A stretch of 62,853 nt of DNA from IMG/VR virus record IMGVR_UViG_3300010338_001863; one strand, given 5' to 3'. This DNA comes from an uncultured virus (IMG/VR IMGVR_UViG_3300010338_001863). Its lineage: Duplodnaviria > Heunggongvirae > Uroviricota > Caudoviricetes. Shown here one piece after another: positions 16,358 through 24,004 of the stretch. Under the pieces are notes generated by a model, which did no database searches, was not told the DNA's origin, and worked only from the letters and a program-made list of their open reading frames with translations. Position 1 is the first letter of the stretch; every line of letters begins with the position of its first letter. Both the position numbers and the translations under genes were made by a program.

Positions 16358-16966
16358 TTAAATATTATTTCCATATATCCCACATTCAAAATGAATAAAT
16401 TTATCTCTATGTATACCTGGGATTTTCCCAAATTTTTTTATCTCTTCTATATGTTCCCTAGTCCCATATCCCGCGTGTTTAGAGAATTTAAATTGAGGAT
16501 ATTTCTGTTCAAGTTTAGCCATCAACCTATCTCTAAAAACTTTAGCCACTATACTTGCGGCTCCTATCTCATAAACCTTTTGGTCTCCCTTTTTTATTGC
16601 CTGTTGCCTAAAAGGGAAGTTCCCTATTTTAAATTTTCCATCAACCAAAATACAATATCTATCCATATCGACTATATGCTTAATCAGCCTACCGGCAGAA
16701 TCCCTAAGAACTTGCTGATTAGCCCAATTAATGCCAATTTGATTTATTATATTTGCAGAACGGCAAGAAATTGCAATTATGGCATGCTTTCGTATTTCTT
16801 TATCAAGCTCTTCTCTTTGTTCCCTGGTAAGCATTTTAGAATCTTCTATCCCTTTTATTATAGGGCTTCCATAAGGGAACAATACCGCGCAGGCGACTAT
16901 CGGTCCGGCGAAACATCCCCTTCCTACCTCATCCACGCCTATTCTCGTGAATATTTTCGGTTCCAT
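16358..16966 (-). CDS. rnhB: ribonuclease HII
   Basis: Motifs GVDEVGRG, GP, DSK, LVDG, KGD, AASIVAKVFRD, HAGYGT and IHR. Confidence 0.95.
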   Translation of the reverse strand: MEPKIFTRIGVDEVGRGCFAGPIVACAVLFPYGSPIIKGIEDSKMLTREQREELDKEIRKHAIIAISCRSANIINQIGINWANQQVLRDSAGRLIKHIVDMDRYCILVDGKFKIGNFPFRQQAIKKGDQKVYEIGAASIVAKVFRDRLMAKLEQKYPQFKFSKHAGYGTREHIEEIKKFGKIPGIHRDKFIHFECGIYGNNI

Positions 16967-17460
16967 TTTATTACCTCCGCTTTACATTTAAAGCTTATAT
17001 TCCTGGTAGTGTTAGATTTGGAGAAAGTAAATATGTCTACCCAATTCTTCATCTTAGGATTCATAGTATCTTCTAAAACATAATATCTTCCTCTTACTTT
17101 AACCAAATCTCCAAAATTGAGTTTATGTTTTTTTATTAAATCTCTAGATAGAGCTATAGCTCCATTATAAACAACCCTTCCAGATGCCATTATATTAGGT
17201 GTGGAATCAGTCTCTTCGGGGATATTGGTATAATAAGAACACATTAAATTATCTAATTTGATAATTTCGTATGCTTGGGATTTAGTTGGGATATATACAT
17301 TGACTACATTAAATTCTCTAAAATTTAAGTTTTTATTCTTTCTATTAACTATAAAACTAAGCAATATTATTAAAAAAGCTATAAAATATAATAGTAATTT
17401 GTATTTTGTTATTGCCCTTATTATTTTCTTTTTTCTTCTAAAATATCTCTTTCTTTTCAT
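16939..17460 (-). CDS. membrane-anchored 3D-domain (MltA-like) protein
   Basis: Basic N-terminus plus TM helix; ETDSTPNIMASG, IALSRDL, LEDTMN and VDIF motifs. Confidence 0.8.
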   Translation of the reverse strand: MKRKRYFRRKKKIIRAITKYKLLLYFIAFLIILLSFIVNRKNKNLNFREFNVVNVYIPTKSQAYEIIKLDNLMCSYYTNIPEETDSTPNIMASGRVVYNGAIALSRDLIKKHKLNFGDLVKVRGRYYVLEDTMNPKMKNWVDIFTFSKSNTTRNISFKCKAEVIKWNRKYSRE

Positions 17461-17623
17461 TTATCCCTTTCATTTTCGAAAAATGGATCTTTTCTTTCTT
17501 TTCATTTAGGATATACTCTCCAGTTGGCTTGATTATACATCCATCCTCATCAATATAATATCCTAGTTTATTAATTATATTAAGCTTTAACCCAAGCATA
17601 GTTAGTTTTTCCGCCTCATTCAT
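17438..17623 (-). CDS. hypothetical protein
   Basis: 61 aa, overlaps both neighbours. Confidence 0.55.
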   Translation of the reverse strand: MNEAEKLTMLGLKLNIINKLGYYIDEDGCIIKPTGEYILNEKKEKIHFSKMKGINEKKEIF

Positions 17624-17744
17624 CGATCATCCTATAATCTTTTTTATGTTTGATTCTTCCCTTCTTTGTTTTGAATATCCTAGTAGCAGGGTTTATATTA
17701 CCCCAAGTTTTCCTGACTTTGATGTTAGTTTTAAAATTTTTCAT
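17616..17744 (-). CDS. small basic protein (42 aa, below the ORF-track cutoff)
   Basis: MKNFKTNIKVRKTWGNINPATRIFKTKKGRIKHKKDYRMIDE*; starts 8 nt after a -10 box. Confidence 0.6.
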   Translation of the reverse strand: MKNFKTNIKVRKTWGNINPATRIFKTKKGRIKHKKDYRMIDE

Positions 17745-17752
17745 ATCTAATA

Positions 17753-17781
17753 ATTTTATCTTTTTTTTAAATAATTGTCAA
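17753..17781 (-). promoter_or_regulatory. sigma70-type promoter
   Basis: TTGACA-17 nt (with A8)-TAAAAT. Confidence 0.8.
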
Positions 17782-17793
17782 ATTTTCGTTCTA

Positions 17794-18096
17794 TTTCCTT
17801 CTTCTTTCCCCTTCCTTCCTTTCTTCCTTTTCTCTTCTCTTCTCTCTTCTTTACCCCCCAGAGCGCCGCCCTTTTATGCATGTATGCATGCCGACTGATG
17901 ACTAGAGAAAAAAGATATATATATATAAACTAATACTTAGTCTATATACTAATACTTCCTCCAGCTACTTCCTCCCTTCCTCCTTCTTTCTTCCTTCTTT
18001 CTTTCTTCTACTTCTTTTTTCTCTTTCTCTTTCTCCAGAGAATTAGAGAAGTAGGAGAAGAGAGAAAGAGGAAGGAGGGATAGGAGTGGTGGAGAA
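17794..18096. repeat. polypyrimidine tracts, (AT)n core and complementary polypurine tract
   Basis: C/T tracts at about 17794-17860 and 17955-18035, ATATATATATAT and two TAATACTT copies at about 17915-17957, A/G tract at 18036-18096 forming an imperfect inverted repeat. Confidence 0.7.
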
Positions 18097-18099
18097 GCA

Positions 18100-18565
18100 A
18101 GCTAGCTAGAACCCGCATCAGGAAGGCCTAGGATAGGTCCAGGATGAGGTTTTAGCTATTTAGCTAGGTGGAAGTATTCTTCCCTTCTTTTTTGAGCTAG
18201 GAAGGGTATATATCCTTTTCCTCTAGTCAACGTGTGGCGGTTGCACACATTGCATAATTTAAGTGAGAACAAATAGCTGCCTGATCCCTCCTACTATCCT
18301 CATCCCCTCTTTAGCTACATTTGAGCTAGAGGCGGAACCTGGCAAGTGGGCATGCATAAGGGGTCGTACCGCATCCTACGCCGATGGATGTTACCTACCC
18401 AGCCTTGGAGCCTTATATTCTGGGGGTGCTTACATCGGACAGGTCAGACTATGAAGACTTTTCCTGTTGTTCAGATTCGGGGACTGATAACCACCGTTGT
18501 CTACGAACGGGGCCAGTGGCTTTGGATTAGAGAGGGAAAGCTCGCTTGATTGAAACCTCTTTAGA
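18100..18565 (-). ncRNA. candidate structured non-coding RNA of unknown family
   Basis: Directly downstream of a perfect sigma70 promoter; GC-rich; no credible minus-strand ORF; several hairpins; 3' end uncertain. Confidence 0.45.
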
Positions 18566-18571
18566 ATAAAA

Positions 18572-18600
18572 ATTATACAAAAAAAGCAGCTGGATGTCAA
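18572..18600 (-). promoter_or_regulatory. perfect consensus sigma70 promoter
   Basis: TTGACA-tccagctgctttttttg (17 nt)-TATAAT. Confidence 0.9.
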
Positions 18601-18615
18601 GTCCAGTCTAAAATT

Positions 18616-19020
18616 TTAGAATAAGCCTTCGTTTTGGCTCATGTCAGGCATTTGTTCCGGCTCTAAAGCTTTTATTGTGAATTTGTGGAACTTTATTCTA
18701 CCTGCATCTACAAAAGCTTTTAATTCTTCTTCTGTGTAAATTTTTCCTTCCTCTGATCTGAAGCCTAAGGACATTATTAATCCGTTGTCTCCATCGTCGA
18801 GTAGGACGTTGATTCTGTTCATCGGGACTTGTATTCCGAGAAGTTGGGACATGATTTTAGCTGTTGACTCATGTCCTACTCCAGAAATTATTTCTCTGTT
18901 GGCGAATTTGCTTTCTAATATAAAAGATTTAGCCGCTTCTAGAGAGAGCGGTCTAAATTCAACACCACAATCTCTCGAGATCATGTTTGTTGAGAATGCG
19001 TTCAAGATGTATGTTTTCAT
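18616..19020 (-). CDS. acrIII-1: DUF1874 / AcrIII-1 family viral ring nuclease (anti-type III CRISPR)
   Basis: YILNAF, LSLEAAK, SGVGHESTA (catalytic GH), LLGIQVPMNR and R.EEGKI..EEL match the STIV B116/SIRV1 gp29/YddF family pattern. Confidence 0.9.
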   Translation of the reverse strand: MKTYILNAFSTNMISRDCGVEFRPLSLEAAKSFILESKFANREIISGVGHESTAKIMSQLLGIQVPMNRINVLLDDGDNGLIMSLGFRSEEGKIYTEEELKAFVDAGRIKFHKFTIKALEPEQMPDMSQNEGLF

Positions 19021-19053
19021 ATTTTTATTTTTCCTCCTTTCAATTGTCTAATA

Positions 19054-19082
19054 ATATTATATTTTTTTTAAATTAAACTCAA
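19054..19082 (-). promoter_or_regulatory. sigma70-type promoter for acrIII-1
   Basis: TTGAGT-17 nt (with A8)-TAATAT, with an overlapping TATAAT; back-to-back with the rightward motif. Confidence 0.65.
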
Positions 19083-19096
19083 GTTCTTGTCTTTGA

Positions 19097-19113
19097 TTTA
19101 AAAAAAAGATAGT
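19097..19113 (+). promoter_or_regulatory. putative late promoter motif TTT-A8-NATAGT, copy 1
   Basis: TTTAAAAAAAAGATAGT, 6 nt before an SD-less ATG. Confidence 0.7.
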
Positions 19114-19119
19114 TAGTAT

Positions 19120-19284
19120 ATGACAGGTATTGAGTTGATAGGAAGATTAGGAATAGACAAAATAATCGACGAAGAGATGATAGAGGACGATGTGAAAGAA
19201 GAAGAATTTAACTTGTACATGCTGAATCTGTATAAGAAAAAAATAAACATGATTGAGGATTTAAAAGAATGGATGCAACTCTAG
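19120..19284 (+). CDS. small acidic protein (54 aa, below the ORF-track cutoff)
   Basis: MTGIELIGRLGIDKIIDEEMIEDD...WMQL*, directly after the promoter motif. Confidence 0.6.
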   Translation: MTGIELIGRLGIDKIIDEEMIEDDVKEEEFNLYMLNLYKKKINMIEDLKEWMQL

Positions 19285-21062
19285 ATTTCCTTATAAAATA
19301 CCAAAAAGAATTAAATTCTTTATACAGGGATATTAAAGAAGAGGATTTCCCTTTTTCGTATATAAGTAAACATATAGTTTCTTGGAGATTGAACAAAGAT
19401 ATAGAATATCCTCTAAATATTCTAGACTTTATACTTAGACATTTTGGGGAAATGAAAAACTTTTTGGGAACAATCATTCCAGACAGGGTTGTTACATATT
19501 TGAGTAAGTTGTCCGGGATGTATTTAGAATTGCTTGCGGATGAGGATACCTACCCGGAATATGAAAGATATCAGAAAGAGGATTTCTCTCAGGCTGAATC
19601 TGCTTTCTTAAAATCCAAAAAAATGAGACCTGAGGATAAAAAGAAAGTAAAGCCTAACTCTATGTATCACAAATTGTTTTATGAAATAGCTTCTGATCCT
19701 AAATATTTGGCCAAACACTTAATAGAAAACCTTAGCTTACCAATAGAAAAAGTAATGCATCCAAGTGTTAAGAATGAGTTTTTGAAAGATTTAAAGGGTA
19801 GAGATGTAGATTTGTATTATAAATATATAAATAGATTTGAGAAAGATAATGTAGGCGACAAGGAAAGATTCGAATTGGCGATTAAGAATATAGAATCCGA
19901 AATAGGAGAAGAGTTGGTCAACAGAATCAGAAAAGGGCTTAAAACTTATCCCGGGGATTCGGATAAAGAAAGACCTTTGGCAAATTTAAGAAGAGTTTAT
20001 AAAATGGTATTTAACAAATTAGCTAAAGATAATGCTAAACCGATAGAATTAGTTAGAGCAATATTAAGACAATTATTGCAAAATCCTATAGTTACTTCTT
20101 TTAAATTAGCCCCATTTTTCTCAACAGACATAATAGGAGAATATAAAGATTTGTTTGTTTCAGAATTTGAAAATGTATTCAACCAGATAAGGACGATAGA
20201 TGGGTTTAGGTACAATGATAATGGGAAATTTGATATTCCCATGAATTCTATTTCTAGATTAATTGGGATTGGGATGTTAAACAAAGAAACAGCTAAAAAA
20301 ATTTTATTGAATTTAATTAAAAAAGATGCTACTGGAGAAGTTATAAAAAGAGCCAAAAAATCTGGGTTGGAAGATTTATTGTATGAAATTGAAGGTTTGG
20401 TTGGTGAAAATATAAACGAGTTCAATATATTAAAAAGACCTATCGAGGATCCTAAATCTTTTGAAAATTTAATAGAAAAAATAAATTCAATTCAGAATGA
20501 GCGGATTGCAAAGAAGTATATCCACTATTATATCATTTCTTTATTTAATAATTCTAAAGAATCTATGTTTGATTTGTTGAGAAAAATAGTAGATGGATAT
20601 AAAAAAATAAAAAATGATTCCGCAAAAAATTTCTATTTTCGTTTTGTTGATTTGTATTTTAAAAAACATGTTTATACTAATTTGGAAAACTATGTAAAAG
20701 ATATTGTCTATAGAGTAGGGGAGTTGAATGAAGAGGAAATTTCTTTCCTCAAAAAATTAATAAACTTTAATGAAATAGAAGTTAATTCTCCCGAGATGGC
20801 GGCATTTGTTTATGTTATTTACAATAAGGATAAAAGTATAAACAAAGAATCTTTAGTTAATTTTTTTGAAAGAATATTTAGAGAAAATGACCCCAATAAC
20901 ATTAGAGCAAAGATTGAATCTTTTTATAGAATAGTTTCTGAAGCCGGAGTGCATTTGGATGATATTCGTCACTTAATAGATCCAATTAATAATAAATTTT
21001 ATCCTAAGTCAACTAAAGCAGAGGATTTTATAAACATATTAAATCTAAGGGAGGCAAAATGA
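19269..21062 (+). CDS. hypothetical helical protein
   Basis: 597 aa ORF. Confidence 0.8.
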   Translation: MDATLDFLIKYQKELNSLYRDIKEEDFPFSYISKHIVSWRLNKDIEYPLNILDFILRHFGEMKNFLGTIIPDRVVTYLSKLSGMYLELLADEDTYPEYERYQKEDFSQAESAFLKSKKMRPEDKKKVKPNSMYHKLFYEIASDPKYLAKHLIENLSLPIEKVMHPSVKNEFLKDLKGRDVDLYYKYINRFEKDNVGDKERFELAIKNIESEIGEELVNRIRKGLKTYPGDSDKERPLANLRRVYKMVFNKLAKDNAKPIELVRAILRQLLQNPIVTSFKLAPFFSTDIIGEYKDLFVSEFENVFNQIRTIDGFRYNDNGKFDIPMNSISRLIGIGMLNKETAKKILLNLIKKDATGEVIKRAKKSGLEDLLYEIEGLVGENINEFNILKRPIEDPKSFENLIEKINSIQNERIAKKYIHYYIISLFNNSKESMFDLLRKIVDGYKKIKNDSAKNFYFRFVDLYFKKHVYTNLENYVKDIVYRVGELNEEEISFLKKLINFNEIEVNSPEMAAFVYVIYNKDKSINKESLVNFFERIFRENDPNNIRAKIESFYRIVSEAGVHLDDIRHLIDPINNKFYPKSTKAEDFINILNLREAK

Positions 21063-22792
21063 TAATAATTAAAGCGATAGAAAATATCGGAGAAAAATTC
21101 TTTAAAAAAAGTTTTGACAACATAAGAGATGAGGTAGAGCAAGAAATTATTAAAGATAGCAAAACCTCCTTTCAATATCTAAAATATTTATCAAAAATAG
21201 GACAAATGCCTTTATTTAAAAATTTGACAAAATTAATAAAATCTGCGGAATATTATTCAAAAGAAATCCCTCCAGAATATCAGGAATATTATTCAAAAGA
21301 AATCTCTGGGGGGGATATGATTGAATTTATAGGAAATGACCCTAGGTCTCAAAAGCAATTTGAAGAGGAGTTTTTCCAGGAATTAGAAAATAAATTAGAA
21401 AATAAAGAAAGAAAGCAAGAAGATGGTTTTATTATTAATGACGACAAAGATCTTACGCCAATATTTGAAAAGTCAAAATTATTTATGTTCCAGAAAATAA
21501 GCGAAGATGACATGAAAGAATTTATAGAATATATAGCTTTAGCGATAGCCTCCAGAATTTCGTCTGTTAAAGAGTATTCAGAAAGGTCAAACGTAGAAGA
21601 GCATTTTATTTCTGAAGTAAATCCTTTTATTGATTTTAAAGAAAAAGATATTAAAAGTTTTGCGAACTTTTTTGCTGGGATTAAAGATGAAAAGAGAAGA
21701 GAAATAGTTTTTAATGAGGTTGTTAAGAGTACTTCAAAGATTGTTTTTGGGGCTTATTCTTATAGATATTTTTTGAATTTTGTAAAAGAAAAAAAACCTA
21801 ATTTGTTTAAAAATTTTAAAACAGAGATTTTGGACTTATTAGAATATAAAATTAATTTTGATGCATTAGCAGAAAGAACAAATACTCCTAGAACAAAATT
21901 AGAATTACAAAGATTTAATAAATTTATTAAATATATATCTGACAATATAGTAGATTTAGATATTCCTAAAATAAAAGAGATGGCGAATAAAATTAGGGAA
22001 GCGACATTAAGTGAGAAAATAGAATCTTTAAATAAAAATATGATAAAAGATACAGTGATTGAGTTATTGTTTATAAGTGAATTAGGCTTATTTTATGATA
22101 AATTTCTTGGTAAAATAAATAAGGAATATATTAAGTCTGTTGTATTAGACAAAATAGTTAAAAAATATAATTTACAATTTGCTTATAAGGATTGGACTCA
22201 AAGTATGGCTAAAGGAGAGAATGTTGAGTATTCTTTTGATTATAATAATAAAATATGGGGCAGGCTGGATTTATCTGATAAAAATGCATTAAAGTCTGTT
22301 TTGAGAATGTTGGTTGAAATGATTTTGCATCCAGACCTCTTTTCAGAAAAAGAGATTATAGAGTTATTAGATCGTGTTTATAAAAATAAAATTAATATTT
22401 CAAAAAATAAAGATATATTAGTGGATAAGAAATTTATATCGGACATAGCCCTCCACGCTTTAGGACAATTAGGCCACTCTGGGACATTTGCTGATGAAGA
22501 GTGTTCAATATTTCTATTTAAAAACATAGTTGAAAGATATAAAAAATCTTTTTCATTACCTAGATATGGCCAATTGGTTTCAGATATATATAAAGGGGTA
22601 TTAAATTCTTTTTTTAGATATGGGAAAAATTTCGAAAGACCTTTACCGCAAACATTAGCTGTGCTTGTGGATTATAGATATAGTGATTTAAAAAAAGATA
22701 TAGATAATTTTGGGTTTCATTTTAAAAAGTCTATGGGGAGATTAGATTCAATAATAAAAAAATTAAAAGGATTTAAATTAATCGATGAATAA
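21059..22792 (+). CDS. hypothetical helical protein
   Basis: 577 aa, GGAGG RBS, internal EYYSKEI duplication. Confidence 0.8.
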   Translation: MIIIKAIENIGEKFFKKSFDNIRDEVEQEIIKDSKTSFQYLKYLSKIGQMPLFKNLTKLIKSAEYYSKEIPPEYQEYYSKEISGGDMIEFIGNDPRSQKQFEEEFFQELENKLENKERKQEDGFIINDDKDLTPIFEKSKLFMFQKISEDDMKEFIEYIALAIASRISSVKEYSERSNVEEHFISEVNPFIDFKEKDIKSFANFFAGIKDEKRREIVFNEVVKSTSKIVFGAYSYRYFLNFVKEKKPNLFKNFKTEILDLLEYKINFDALAERTNTPRTKLELQRFNKFIKYISDNIVDLDIPKIKEMANKIREATLSEKIESLNKNMIKDTVIELLFISELGLFYDKFLGKINKEYIKSVVLDKIVKKYNLQFAYKDWTQSMAKGENVEYSFDYNNKIWGRLDLSDKNALKSVLRMLVEMILHPDLFSEKEIIELLDRVYKNKINISKNKDILVDKKFISDIALHALGQLGHSGTFADEECSIFLFKNIVERYKKSFSLPRYGQLVSDIYKGVLNSFFRYGKNFERPLPQTLAVLVDYRYSDLKKDIDNFGFHFKKSMGRLDSIIKKLKGFKLIDE

Positions 22793-23000
22793 TAAATTTT
22801 GCCCAAAATGTTATCAATATATGTTGCAACATAATTTAATATCTCCTATTATTCCATTAGATAATATAGTATTTAGATGCTCTGTCCCTATATATACATC
22901 TGATGGATGTGGGGTACCTACTGTTTTAGTTTGGAATTGTGATTTACAGAAATATGAAGAAATGACTCAAAAGGAATATGAATCGAAATATGGATTATGA
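22785..23000 (+). CDS. small zinc-binding protein
   Basis: CPKC...C...C motif. Confidence 0.6.
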   Translation: MNNKFCPKCYQYMLQHNLISPIIPLDNIVFRCSVPIYTSDGCGVPTVLVWNCDLQKYEEMTQKEYESKYGL

Positions 23001-23361
23001 TTTAATAAAAAATAAATCTCCGATAGAAATAGTGACCGATCCAGAGAATATTTTTTTGAATACCTATATCCATTATTTTATTATGGAGGCCCCTTTTACT
23101 GAAAAGGATGTTATTGATTATAAAAAAATACATTCCGCATATATGTTATTAGTAAGAATATTTATGGAATATGGTCAAGAGATTAAAATAGATTTAGATA
23201 AAAAATATTATGAAGATGCTGTTAAGAAAAAGATGATTAAACATAAATTTTTGAGACCTATTTGGAAAGCAGAATGTATGAATAAGGTGGCATACGGATG
23301 TAGTTTGGCTGAAGCTATTTGTAAATTATCTATAATATTAAAATTTAATTTAGAGGTTTGA
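22978..23361 (+). CDS. hypothetical protein, possible phage ABA-sandwich domain
   Basis: C-terminal WKAEC...AYGCSLAEAICKL pattern. Confidence 0.45.
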   Translation: MNRNMDYDLIKNKSPIEIVTDPENIFLNTYIHYFIMEAPFTEKDVIDYKKIHSAYMLLVRIFMEYGQEIKIDLDKKYYEDAVKKKMIKHKFLRPIWKAECMNKVAYGCSLAEAICKLSIILKFNLEV

Positions 23362-23362
23362 T

Positions 23363-24004
23363 ATGGATATTTCGAAATCCGAAAATAGAGTAAAGATTGA
23401 AGAATTCATATTAACTAATATGGATGAGATGTCCCCAGAACAGATGTCTATAAAATTGTATGAGACATTGGGGATATCTGTCCAACCTCACGAAATAACC
23501 GATTATATTAAAAATTATATTAAAAAAGGAAATAGTCTCGTATCAAACATGACAAAAATGGTAGATGATGTATTGTCGGCAAATATAGATGATAATGTAT
23601 TAGAAGCTACGAAAAAATTTTCTATTTCTCAGATAAATGAAGAGTTTAAATTAATATATGATAGAATAAAAAGTTTATATCAATTAGCAAAATTGGATCC
23701 AGAAAAAGCTAGTTATGATAAAAGAATTACTGATTATTTAGAAAGAGCCAATCAGCTTAGGAATATAATATCAAAAGATTATATAACAGAAATAAAAAAC
23801 AATTTAATGTTAGATATAGGGAAAAGAATTGTTCTTTCCGCTATAGCCAATTTTATACCATATATCCCAGAAGACAAAAGAGTTGAAGCTAAAGATAAAT
23901 TTATGAATTCTTTGTCTTTTTTGTTTAATAATTATTCCGAGATAGAGCCGGAAGAGGTTTCTAAAATAAAGAAAGAATATGGCCAGACCGAGGAAAGTAA
24001 ATAA
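23363..24004 (+). CDS. putative terminase small subunit
   Basis: N-terminal HTH-like segment, helical, immediately upstream of and overlapping TerL. Confidence 0.5.
   Translation: MDISKSENRVKIEEFILTNMDEMSPEQMSIKLYETLGISVQPHEITDYIKNYIKKGNSLVSNMTKMVDDVLSANIDDNVLEATKKFSISQINEEFKLIYDRIKSLYQLAKLDPEKASYDKRITDYLERANQLRNIISKDYITEIKNNLMLDIGKRIVLSAIANFIPYIPEDKRVEAKDKFMNSLSFLFNNYSEIEPEEVSKIKKEYGQTEESK

Noticed and set aside
751..18549. Plus-strand ORFs in the left arm (e.g. 965..1444, 3872..4309, 16391..17083, 18263..18454, 18346..18549)
   Set aside because: They are antisense shadows of well-supported minus-strand genes or lie in non-coding DNA; no SD and atypical composition.
18520..18556. GATTGAAAC resembling a CRISPR repeat 3' end (possible solitary-repeat RNA anti-CRISPR)
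   Set aside because: Single copy, on the strand opposite the promoter, and ATTGAAAC also occurs by chance inside several coding genes here.
19097..19113. TTTAAAAA motif as an archaeal TATA box (archaeal virus)
   Set aside because: Several consensus -35/-10 promoters and a peptidoglycan-related 3D-domain gene point to a bacterial host.
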